Part shown: one piece after another, positions 14,801 through 26,894 of the stretch
Numbering within the stretch: position 1 is the first letter of the stretch
Layout of the letters: every line of letters starts with the position of its first letter
Assembly (NCBI GenBank): GCA_047495785.1
Contig: JBLDXI010000002.1
Location: 2,418,001 to 2,482,000 of the forward strand
Direction: 5' to 3'
Length of the DNA stretch: 64,000 bases
From: Lepidodermella squamata
Lineage: Eukaryota; Animalia; Gastrotricha
The notes under the pieces: model-generated
The model's database searches: none
What the model was told of the DNA's origin: nothing
The model's input: only the letters and a program-made list of their open reading frames with translations
Made by a program: the position numbers and the translations under genes

Positions 14801-15432
14801 GAGAGGTAATTTTCTCGATCAGTTCTAACATGCTCGTAATTCTATAATGAGTGGCAAATTCATTTTGAAGTTGAGAAAAAAGCCAAAACTTGCCAATCCC
14901 AGTGCTCGGCCAATTAGGGCAGCTATCATCGGAATCTATAATAATAAATACCACTAAGTATGATAGCGGCTGGCATCAAATAATTCCCTTGATACTTTTT
15001 TAACGCAAGTAAACGCCAGGATCACATAATTAGGCGGTGAATTCCTGCCAACTTTCGTAAAGCAGCTAAAATGAAAAAATTGAAGTTGGAATAAAATTCT
15101 GGCTAAAATAAATTACTCTCTGCTGTATGAAAATATCAAAAGATTCGGTATTGTGACGTCGAAGTCCCGTGTCCATGGGATAGGCAACTGCTTGAAAGTG
15201 ACGCACGTAGATTGGGACCACATAGCCATCGCCGCCTCAATGTTTGCGACCGATTCACCTTTTGAGTCAATAAAAATTCAGTCAACTTACTATCGTGAAA
15301 TCGCGACAAACCCAAATGTGTCGAATTATCGATAATGTATCTCACGGTTGCGTTCGGCCATAAACCGGCAGATTTCGGGATGGCTTCTACCGCCGATTGG
15401 CAGAGTAGAGCTAACACGAAAATATAGATCAT
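8815..15432 (-). CDS. Secreted mosaic protein paralogue 2 (same architecture)
   Basis: MIYIFVLALLCQSAVEA|IPKSAGLWPNATVRYII; ALIGRALGL|NYEHVRTDRE; YDYESSSHP; EGF-CUB (13807-14160), kringle (13283-13520) and five CTLD exon groups colinear with paralogue 1; stop at 8815. Confidence 0.88.
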
Positions 15433-15913
15433 TGCTCTTTTAAGCTCAGAGATGCCAGTCCAGTTACGCTATAAAAATGAATTGAAACTTTTATTTAGGT
15501 TAAAATTGCTGGTAGAAATCGTGCGCGTACTAAATTTCATTCATTTTACAGACACGCGCCATAAAAAAACTCGTGCTTGCGTAAAAAATAAGCGCAACAG
15601 ATGTTTCAGGAGCCGTAATTTTCGAAATCAATTGGAGAAAACAACATGTCTCCTGAGTCCTGAGTGTTCAGAAGTAGGGCATTCTAGCCGCAGAGTAGTA
15701 CTCATAACTTTGGCTATACCCTATCGAAAATCCGTAGAACGGAGATTGAGTTTTTCGAAAAATAGGCAAAAATTTCGAAAACGCAGAATCCGCAGAATGG
15801 AACCAATATTAATTTTAGTCTTTTATACATAAAGTTAGGAAAAATATATATTTTTCGGGGTAAACTGGTTTATTTTGTCGCAAGCATACTCTCATAAATT
15901 GTTGTAAATATTG

Positions 15914-16082
15914 ATTATGAAAATGTTTCACACAAAGCATGAGCCTCTTCTTGTAGAGAGCAAGCGTCCCAGTAAAGACCTGGCTCAGCGCCGACCTCGA
16001 GCTGGGCTGATGGGTAATTAATGAAGCGAGCAACGAAATCACGACCCGGATTTGAAGGCTCCATTGTTGGCACTTGGCACCG
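15914..16082 (-). pseudogene. Orphan copy of the 3' end of the small C-type lectin gene (26895-27060)
   Basis: Highly similar to 26895-27055 and reads VPTMEPSNPGRDFVARFINYPSAQLEVGAEPGLYWDACSLQEEAHALCETFS*. No upstream exons; it starts just past paralogue 3's AATAAA (~16094-16099). Confidence 0.8.
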
Positions 16083-16287
16083 TCCGTTAAATATTTATTG
16101 AAATCGATAAAGGGAATAACCACGAAAAATATACTAGTATCAGTGCATTGATATTCTGTGAAATAAGACGATGTTATAAGACTGACTTCAATTCTTCTCC
16201 AATTATCGTCATTCATCTTGAAATGTCTCTATAGGAAAAGTGTGGAATTGCATTTAAAGATCTTTTCGGCTTAACCATTAAGATCGG

Positions 16288-19200
16288 TTAACCATTGCCC
16301 CTTCCTCGTTTTGATTTGGAGAAAGTCTCGCAAACGATCAAGTCCGCTTCACATGCGCTGTCGTCGAGATAGTAGCCTTGCGGGAAGGTCTTGAATGCTG
16401 GGAAGAATTTGTAAACCCCACAATAGCCGTTGCCCTGCGGCTCGTCAACTGCATCAGTTCCGCCCCACTGCCTTTCAGGGCTAATCGGTCTGAAATCGGT
16501 GTCGTCAACCCACGTGAATCTCGTGGTCGTACCAACTCGGCGCAAACCGACTAGGCCAGAAGGGGCGTTGTCGAAGCGTTCGAGAGCACCTCGCAGCGAA
16601 ATTTGCTCCGCTGCAGTTTTAACAGTTGCAAGCTGGCCGAAATTTTGCTGGCAGATACTCTGGGCATCACCGAAAGATCTTATGGTCTCATTCAAATTAA
16701 CGACGATGTATCTTTTCTCCGCCTTAAGGCAGCTAAATTTGTCGAAGAAATACTTATCCGCTGGGACCTGAGTTTCGTCTTCATTACAGGCTAATAAAAA
16801 GAAAATGCATAACCTCACATTAAATGAAAGAGCATGAATACATACCTTCTGCTCTGCAAGCTACCCTATTTTCAGGGCCGCCTTGGCATCTAACATATCC
16901 AGTCTGAAATAACTCTCATATTAATATGTCTCGCTATCTTCACTATAGACTACCTGAGAAAATAGAATGTTTTCACATGCCAGGCCAGAAAATTCTATTT
17001 CGCAGGGAGACAACTTCTCATAAAAGTTGACCACCCGAAAAGGTAGTTTAGCTTTGAAAACTGTCGCACAAGCCGTCGCACCTGAGAATGACAATAACCT
17101 GCCTTCGCAAAACTTTTATGAGGAATGTTTCTGCAAACCTGGGAATGGCGATGAACTGCCATCTACGAGAACAAATGATGAACCATCGAGCCACTTGAGA
17201 TTTGAAGGGGGACTAGGAGCCACGCCAATCCAGAGTGTCGTGCCAATATCAACGTTTATGTTCTCGCGGCGCAGCCTGTCCAAGTCGAACGTAGTAGGGA
17301 TCGTTGCCAACTGCCCACCTCCCGCAGCACACTGCGACCTTGCATCGGCGAACGTTCGCGTCATAGCGGTATCCAATACAGTGTAAATCCGCTTCGCCTT
17401 CATGCAGTGTTCGATCGTTAGGAAATATTGTGCTCTGGGCAGCTGAATCTCACTCGCAGCGCAGGCTTTATAACCAAACAAAAATACTTGGTGTGGTCAG
17501 AAATCGAACTTCTGAAAACTAACTCTTGGTAGCTACAACGCATCGAACTGCCCCAGTTGAATTGTCTACACATCGCGTCACGCCAACGGTTAGAGCTGGC
17601 GTTGAAGAAGAGACCGAGTTCCCTGCAGGTTTCATTGTTTCGCAAAGAGCTGTGGAGAAGAAGTTTTCTAGCACACATGGTACGTCGTTCATGAAGTAAA
17701 CGATATCATCGTATAGTTGCAACCCGCCGCAGCTTTCGGGGCCTGTGAAAAATGAATAAAAAGGGGTAAAAGATCAACTTTCATGTCGCATAAACGCACC
17801 ATTCGGCTCCCCGGGACCCCACAGGCCAAAGTTGTCGAGGAACGGTGCTCCATCGAGCCAGCGGTATGAGCCCTGGATTCGCATAAGCCCGAGCCAACCC
17901 GGTCTCGGTATCTTAGCGTTGTCAAACGGAATTAACGTTACGAAATTGCGCAAAGCTGTCAATTGTTCCGCGTTGACAATAGTAGCTGGTTGGCCACCTC
18001 CAGCATAACACAGTTGAAAAGCGGCCTCGAACGAGTTGACCGTGAAATTACTATTAGCAACGTAATAAAAATCCTTGACGGCAGCTTCACAATCTGCTTG
18101 GGTAGGGTAACTGACACCCAGAGGCATTTGTCTCTCATTCGGTCCGGTACAGCCTAAGATGAGACATAAATTTACTATAATAAATTCGATTATTCGATTC
18201 ATCTAAGCTTGAATAACCTTGATTAACATCAACGCATTTCATCCAGGAGGGGCCAGTTTTCGAGTTCACGCATCGCACAAACCCTTTCGCCTGAAAATGA
18301 TTTCGACGTCAAAAAATGACCTTTTTCAAAGACGGAAACCAACCGGGGCGTCATAAGTTTCGCAGACAGCTGCGCTCAAGTGCGAACCGTGCTCGCAGGT
18401 ATCGTCTATTAGATAGACATCTCTAGGAGCCGATTCCGTTTCGTCAAAAATTACGAACTCTGTGCAAGGTTCTCCACTTCCTCCTATACATAGGAAAAAA
18501 ATGATGTTGGTTATATTTTAGTCGTTCGTCTTCGATTGAGGCAACTTTCCATTAGGCTCGTTCGTGGCCCAGAGACCAGGGACATTTTGGTACGCGGAGC
18601 CATCATGCCATTGAAGTTCGCTGCCAGATTTCACGAGACCGAACCAAGCAACGTATGTATATTCGCCGATCAACCCGTTAGCGTAAATAACTTTCTTAAC
18701 TTTCTTCAATTCAGCCTCATTTTTCACAGTCGCCAACTGCCCACCAGCTTTCTTGCATCGCAGTTTTGCTATTAAGATTAACCATTGAAATGCAATATTT
18801 CACGGTGAACATATTGGCTAAACTACCTTCGTTGAGATTTTGAATTGCATGGAAATCATTTACAGCAAAGAAGCGTTTAACTGCGCCTTCGCAGTCATCT
18901 TTACTCGCGAATGATTTTTGCGCCGGCATTTGACTGGAATCATCACCGCATCCTGTCCAAATTAATACAAATTCCGCCATTTTAGGAACATTTCAATGTT
19001 ATACCAGTAGAAATTGGCACACAGCTAACCGCGCCGTTCGAATTGCTCACACATCGAACATGTTCAATATTGGATTGCTGCGCCTGCTTAAATCTCATTG
19101 TCAGGGGAAACACTGGGTTAGTTCTCAAGTAACCTCATCACCGAAGGTTTCGCAAATCGCCCCTCTGCCTGGCACTTTAGTGTTTTCGGCATTTGATAGG

Positions 19201-22200
19201 CCAGCTTGGGTGTATATACCCCAAGAATAGCGATCGGTTGGCTGTAAAGGAGCGCCACTATTCCAAATTGAGATCGACAGCTGCTCCCCATCGATCCAAG
19301 CAAAAGTAGAGCCACTGGACAATAACAGCCCAACCCAACCCTCATTCAGGTTTTCTTTAACCATCAAACCCTTCACCATCGTGTCCTCGTCCATGTTCTT
19401 AATAGTCGCCAATTGGCCGTTGGTGGCCAGACATAAATCTTTCGCTTGCTCGAAGGTGCCCACGCTTTGCCCTGCCGGTGGATTTACCACAAAATATGAC
19501 TTTTTCGCATTGAGGCAATCAGATTGTGTGAGAAATAAGCGTTTCCGAGGAACTCGCGCAAAGTCAGCGCATGCTGGAAAAAAATTAATTGTCTTATAAT
19601 CATTAGACAATAGGAAAAACCTCCCAACCGAAATTAGCTGCATAGCACTTCACACCATCATCGATGCAGCGAACCCATCCCACCTTCCCGAAATAGAGAA
19701 AAATATAGAACCATCCATAAAAATGTTGAATGGAGCTGCCTACGAAGTTCGCACATTCGCCGTAATTCGTGTAGAAAAAATTCGATTGATCAAAGACTGC
19801 CAACTGTGGAAATTGTTTTAATTACATGAGTCAATATTTGTAGGCCTGATGCTAACCTCTGTCTCAGTTTGGGCGTTGCAAACACCGTCAGTGCACCGGA
19901 AATATCCATCGTTTTTGGCGCAATACCTAACTATCTATGATGAAAAGAAAACATTCATTCATTTAGAACGAGGTTTCAAGTTGGGCTTACTCCGAGAGTG
20001 CACGTTTCGATGCTACTGAAGACTCTGCCACTGTCTAACTCTGTCTGTAATTAGGAGATAGGTATTGATGTTATAACACTTAGAGATACATTAAGATATA
20101 ACATATAGAAATCACACTGATAACATACATAGGCTATTGGGCATCCTGAAGCTCTCGGAACGCAGGTGGGATTTCTTTGATTGACGTCAACGCATCGTAT
20201 CAACTCAACCTGCAATTGAAAACAATTCAACACTGATGAACTCCCATGGAGCTCAACCTACGTTTGCCTTGCAGACCTTAAGTGCCGGATTGTAGTTATC
20301 CGCTAAGTAAACTCTGCTATCGAAAACTGCCACCTAAACGACTCGATGGGAAAAATCCTTTTTAATAATATTCGCAAAAGTTTACCACAGAGTAATCGTC
20401 TCCACTCGTGTAGCAGTTGTAATTTCCAGGAGCCACTACGTATTCATTTGTTTTTTTGTTCAGGCAGCAAACAGCAGTCTGCAAATGAAAGACACACTTG
20501 AATGCGTGATTTTAGTGCTACCCACATACCCCTGTTTCGCAATCATCCTCAGTCTGAAAGTATTCAATCGGCTTCGTAGGGTCCATTGGAGTGAGCTTCA
20601 TATGAGGGATGGAAATATATTAAACAGAATGATAGTATTATCAAAGTAGCTTACATCGATTAACACCCTCTTCGCCGTGCCGTTACAGCCAGGGGCATTG
20701 ACCTTCTCGCATCCTTTGAACGACCTAGTGATCGGGTCAATGCATCGACCGTAAGATGCTGTGAATTTATCAAACATATAGAAAACCAGCAAATCGGCAG
20801 ATTAATGAAAAGTCACCGCAATCGGGAACTGAGCATTTGCCTGCTGAGACAGCTCCGGTGTAACAGTAAGGCGAAACTTTTTTCTCGGGGTTGCGGCACG
20901 CGGCTCCAGACGCTAGCGGGTCGCCCTTTGGGAAGAGCAGTGGGTCCAGATTTCCAGGTTTGGTCTTCGTCCACGATAAGCATGCTTCATTACGGCTCGT
21001 CATGGCCATTGAACCTTCGTAATCGTAACCAGAGGTCGTAAATTTGCACTCCTTTGTAAGACGTGTCGCTCTCTGGGTCCCACAGGTTGCATAAACAGTC
21101 ATGATAAACCCGATTGAAGCCGTCGACCGATCTGGGTACAATTGCGGATTGTGGCGCAGTATCATCACAGCCCAATTGTTGTTAGCCTGATATAAGCGGC
21201 CAGCCGTAATTGTATTTTTGCAAATTCTGAAAAAATAATGCTGATATGACGCGCATCGATGTTTCACTGAAAAATGGGCATACTTGTTCTTGGGGGCAGA
21301 GAAAGGTTCCGATCTGATTTCCAAGTAACTCCAGCAGCCATCGTCTATGAAATAGAGCAATTTTTGATAAATGAAATAGAAACGAGAATTGCATTAGCGT
21401 ACCAGCTCCGCCGAGATCAGGCGATTTCTCGAGGGCAAAAACCAAACCTGTCCCTTTTGTCGTCACGTTCCAGAAGCACTCGCCTTTATCGTAAACACCT
21501 GGATTAATGGAAATTTGAGTTGTTCCGCAAGGTGGAACCTCGACAGTCCCGCCGCAAGTCGGTATCGAGGAACCAGCCAGTCTATCGCAGTGCATGCCGG
21601 CGAACCCAGGCGGACAGTTGCACGCGTTGCACGTGCTCGGATTCAAGTAACCGTCGTTCTGGCACATCATGTCAATTCCTCCACATTTGGAAGCTGAAAT
21701 AATAAGAATTTTGAATTAATTAACGAAATTGCGCAGTCAAAAAATTAATTGATTTTATGAACAATGAAGCTAGTAGCCTGATGTAATGGTTTTGCCTCCT
21801 AATTAATTGAGCGTATTCTCACATAGTTTTCGCAATTCATTTACGTGTGGTTCCCCACGTCTCAAAGCTGAAAATGTACAATCAAGTCTAAGGTATCAAT
21901 AATAATCTTTTCTTGTCCCAGCATATCGGAAAGCTCAAGCTAAAGCAGCGGATGAAAGATTTTCCCAAGTAAACACCTGATATTATCAGGAGATGAAGTC
22001 TTCTAAATAGCTCTATTTTTGCATTTCAAGGAGAGCCTCAGAAGTGGGCGATCCGGAAATTCGGAATTCGGTACACCCTTCGACGAAAAAATTCGTTGAA
22101 AATGAGCTGTTTTTGCGAAATTTTTCGCTGAATTTCTCCAGCTTCAGGAGGATGGAGGGTGCACATATTATCGGCCCAACTGCTGGCAATCTCTAAGTTC

Positions 22201-25200
22201 AAGACGAGGTCTATTCACCATAAAAAAAAATCCAATTTGAAGTAGTACAGCCGGATAAAAGCTTTGCCGAAATTGGAGGGTTTGTGCGAGAAAAGTGAGC
22301 TAAAAAACCCGCGCATTTTGTAAAAAAGATCCTGATTAAAGAGAACCACTTTGAATTAATGTTCAAGTTTTGCAGCCCGAGTTTCCTCTCCTGTACTTCT
22401 GTTCCGCCCCAGTGAAAATTTCGATTGCAGAATAACGCAAAATTTAGTATTTTAAGGCCATTTTCCGGCTTTCAGATTAGCGCATAATAAAGCACTTTTT
22501 GAGACCCCCGAACAAGACTATAATCTGAATTTTGGCTTGGATAGGTCGGTGTGCAGAATTCAGAATGCGCAATTTTACAATATGACAGCTATGTTATAGC
22601 TACCCTAGTGAAAATTTCGATCGCAGAATATTGCAAAATTTAGTGTTTTTAAGGTCATTTTCCGGCTTTCAGATTAGCGCATAATAGAGCACTTTTTGAG
22701 ACCCCCAAACAAGACTAATCTGAATTGTGGCTTGGATACGTCGGTGTGCAGAATTCAGAATGCGCAATTTTACAATATGCCAATTTACCGGTTTTCGTGT
22801 ATTTTCGTGTATGTCAGATATCGAACCGTAAAGGTACTGTATAGGTAACGTATGGTGGGTGGCAGGCCATTTGCCAGACACCTTTTAGGCCTTATGGACA
22901 GCTGGGGGCCCTCACGGCCATCAAGTGCCGCAACTCGAAAAATGTGGAAATCATTAAAATTTTAAGGGCATTTTTACGTTGGGTGTGGGTGAAATTTTTC
23001 AAAACCAGTAAATTCGTTTGCATATGCACCACTGCCCTAAACCAAAACCTACAAGTCCACGCCAATGAGCATGGTTAAATGTGCCAAAATGCATTTTACT
23101 CGTTAGCAAATGTAAAATAACGCATTCTTGGGTTTCATTGAACCATGCTTAAAGTGGCTTTGAAAAATTTTACCCCATATTTTCACTAGGGTATACTATG
23201 ATGCTCATTGGCGTAGACTTGTAGGTTTTGGTTTAGAGTAGTTGTGCATATGCAAGTGAATTTACCTGTTTTGAATGTAATTTCACCTTATGACCCACAC
23301 CCAAAGTAAACATGCCCATAAAATTTCAATGATTTCCACATTTTTCGAGTTGCGGCATTTGATGGTCGTGAGGGCACCCTGCTGCCCAAAAGGCGTAAAA
23401 GGTGTCTGGCAGATGGCCTGCCACCCACCATTCGTTACCTATACAAAACCTTTACGGTTCGATATTTGACAAAAATACACGAAAACCGGTAAGTTGGCTA
23501 TCATAGTATAGCTATAACATAGCTGTCATATTGTAAAATTGCGCATTCTGAATTCTGCACACCGACGTATCCAAGCCACAATTCAGATTAGCCTTGTTTG
23601 GGGGTCTCAAAAAGTGCTTTATTATGCGCTAATCTGAAAGCCGGAAAATGGCCTTAAAACACTCTCAATTTTGCGTTATCGCGAAAAAAACGTCGCAGAA
23701 AAACCTGAATAGTTTTTAAACGACACCATCTACCCTAGTGAAAATCGGTTGCACAAAACTGACGAAAAATGCAGATTGCACCAAAATGCTGCTTAATTTG
23801 GCACCTCCACTCTGAGGTATTTAGCAAAAACTTTCAAAATTCAATTCACCATTTTTCAGGCAAAAATTTTTGTAGAAAAGCGCATTGAGCAACTTTTAAA
23901 TGGTGAATTTTGAAAGTTTTTGCTAAATACCTCAGAGTGGAGGTGCCAAATTAAGCAGCAAATTATTGGAAAATCTCGAAACTATCAATGGAATTACATT
24001 TTTCCAGGTATCTTTTCGAATTTCCCATAGGTTGCGCAACTATTTTGTAATCTGGCAACCTTTCGTAGGAAATTCAACTAATTTTATCAAATTAAACATA
24101 CCGAGAGAATATTCCATGTTTTGTCCGCGATTTTACCGGAAAGTATTAAAAATTAATTTTTGTAATTTTCCGATGGTAACTTCGATGGTAACCCCGATGG
24201 TAACTTGTTCGGTAATTTTTAGTATTTTACCCGGTTAGACAAAATTTCTCCGAGTTGACATATTTAATCCCATTAGTGGCATACTCGCTTACTATTCTCG
24301 TGATTTTTCGAAATTTTCAAAAAAAATTCTGGCCACAAGATGGGTTTTCCAACGGTACCAAATTCGAGGCATAATGGAAGTTACCTGTCTTCAACAAAAA
24401 TAGAAAAGGTAGGATGTCTCTAAACGTCGATTTGGGACCCCCTATTTCCCAGTCAATCTGAATTTTTTCTTGAAATTTTTACCAGGGGCTACTGACATCA
24501 TGAGCTCTCGACTGGCAAATAAAAGTTGACCTTCGTCGACGGGAATTCGGTACAGGAGACCTCAAAGTTTAGGCCTCACGTGGTGCAATTTTGGACATAA
24601 TAAATGCGTTGAGCTAAAAATAGCGGGAAAAAATTTGAATCGAGTTTGGATGACGTCATCAGTATCTTGGCACCATGTGCGCATTTTTCGGAATTTCAAT
24701 AAAAGTTTCAAGTTCTGCACGCATCCCGACAATTATGAATATGCAAATGAGGTGTCAAAATTTACCCCATAAGTGTCCAAATTTAGCCTAACCACGAACC
24801 ATTTTTATAAAATCAAGGTAACATGGGAAAACTACCAAATTTTGCACAGAAATGTGAAGTGGCCCCCCCCCCCCTCATGCCCTGAAATTTTCACGTGTGT
24901 ATAATTTTTTCCTGATTTTCTAGAGCTGAAAACCATGTTTTTGTCCAAAATAACCACCATTACGGTAGACAAAAATGGATGGAGACGCCAAAAATAAAAT
25001 AGACAAATCGATAGAGACAAATCCATTTAAACAGAGAGAAGAAAATCCATCCTTTAAAACTCGCCTTTGCAATTGTAATGTTGATTGATCTTTAGAAAAT
25101 CGAGGAAAGAGACGAATTGAGTTTGACCAAGAGTGTATAGCATGAGAGGATCTCTTGTTTTGAATGTCGGATTGTTTACTTGGCTTTGCCAGAACCATAG

Positions 25201-26016
25201 AGGTTGCGCGCTCGACTCAAAGTCATACGGCGTGTTGTAGTTGTTGTCGTCATTATCGATGCTGAACAAACCTATCGTGGACCTTTTGATTAAAATTAAT
25301 TATTTAACTAATAAATTAAAATATATCATCTTTAGATGTAAACTAACGGTGGAACATTTTGCGATACCACTGTGAGGTAGCTTTCTCGATCAGTTCTAAC
25401 ATGTTCGTAATTCTATAGAAGGCAATCAATAATTTTTACAGTTGAAGATATGAAATTGGCAACTTGCCAATCCAAGCGCTCGGCCAACCAGGCCAGCAAT
25501 AATTGGAATCTAAAAATGAACTTAATTTAGTTCAATATTAGCAGATCTCCTATAGTACTTTTGTCGCGCAATGGCTCCCCAAGATCACGTAATTAGGCGG
25601 CGAGGTCATGCCAACTTTCGTAAAACACCTGAAAATCAAAAATTCAAAAAATTACGGAGGATTGTTTTGCAAAAAAGTACTTTTTGCCGTATGAGAATAT
25701 CATAACATTTGGCGTTGTGACGTCAAAGTCCGCTGTCCAAGCGACGGGCAGCTTGGTGAAAGTAATACAGGTGTATTGGGACCAAAGCGCCAATGCCGCC
25801 TCGATGTTCGCGGCATATTCACCTTGAGTCAGTCAAAATTAAATTAGCATTTAATTGTTGAATTATCTACGAACCCAAATGTGTCGAAGTATCGATGATG
25901 TATCTAACGTTTGCGTTCGGCCATAAACCGGCAGATTTCGGGATGGCTTCTGCCGATTGGGAGAGTAGACCCAAGACAAGAATGCAGAGTGGCCAGAGCC
26001 TGCTGACCCAGTTCAT
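16288..26016 (-). CDS. Secreted mosaic protein paralogue 3 (same architecture; ~3.4-kb repeat-filled intron)
   Basis: ATG at 26016 (MNWVSRLWPLCILVLGLLSQSAEA|IPKSAGLWPNANVRYII); GLVGRALGL|NYEHVRTDRE; YDFESSAQP; EGF-CUB from 21694 downward; kringle ~20815-21060; five CTLDs; stop at 16288. Confidence 0.87.
22408..23680. mobile_element. Composite nested MITE-like / foldback repeat in the paralogue 3 intron
   Basis: Direct duplication (~22408-22585 vs ~22603-22780). Long imperfect inverted arms (~22630-23072 vs 23201-23680). Internal unit 22603-23191 is bounded by CCCTAGTGAAAA/TTTTCACTAGGG with TA on both sides. Confidence 0.8.
23787..23960. repeat. Near-perfect inverted repeat (~60-bp arms)
   Basis: tgctgcttaatttggcacctccactctgaggtatttagcaaaaactttcaaaattca ... 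tgaattttgaaagtttttgctaaatacctcagagtggaggtgccaaattaagcagca. Confidence 0.9.
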
Positions 26017-26894
26017 TTTAGAGCTCAAAAACACGTTAATTTTGGTATATAAATAAACCTAGGTATTTACAAGGCTTTGGAGTTGATTGAAGAACGTTTA
26101 GAAGATTTGAAGTAAAATTTCAACCAATCTTTATTGACGCGTGCTATTCAAAAAAACTCGTGCAGGATCAAAAATAACAGAAGCAGAAGTTATAGGAACA
26201 TGGAAATTCGCGAGATATCACGGACTTCGAAAATCAATATTTATTATCGATATTATCAATATTTCCATAGCGATATTGGACAATTAAAAAATATGGCGAT
26301 CTAACCCAGTTGAATTCGTGTTAGGATTCACGCCCCGAAAACGCGAGAAAAGTATGTTATGAGCTTTGAGGAGAGTTCAATAATGGTAAAAAAAACTTCT
26401 TAACATATCGATCGTGATCGACATTTCCCCCGTTGGCTTGTTTGCTGATCAGAAGCGTTAAAGAAAGAGCGTGAACTTAGGTAAAACAAAGTTCATCGCC
26501 TTTTAGAAAGCCGCCCAGAGCTTGGAAATCAAGTTTGCCTTATGTAAAAGCTTTATCTTTGTATCTGTTTAAAATTACCTCAGGCTAACTTGTTTACGAA
26601 ACCTCATCCAGTCTTTATTGACGCGTGTTAATCGAAAGGAACTCACGTGAGATTAACAAAACCGCCGCTTCGATAAGAGCGTGCTGTCCTAATTTTTTCG
26701 GATCACGGAATTCGACCATCTTTCTCCTCTTGACGACAAAAAAAAGAAGCTGACAGGAAATAATTTAGTCGGGAACTTCTCTCTTTATCTCGAACGTTTG
26801 AGAGCAGCATTTTTCAATAAAATGAAGAAAAAAATGATCAAATTGTTGGTGATGGTTTTATTCCGTCGCATATTATTATCTCAAACATTATTGC

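Noticed and set aside
15815-16216. 133-aa ORF as a gene
   Set aside because: Out-of-frame read through a 3'UTR and the duplicated lectin fragment.
24171-24206. 12-bp tandem repeat (CGATGGTAACxx x3) and its overlapping ORF
   Set aside because: Short intronic minisatellite with no evidence of function.
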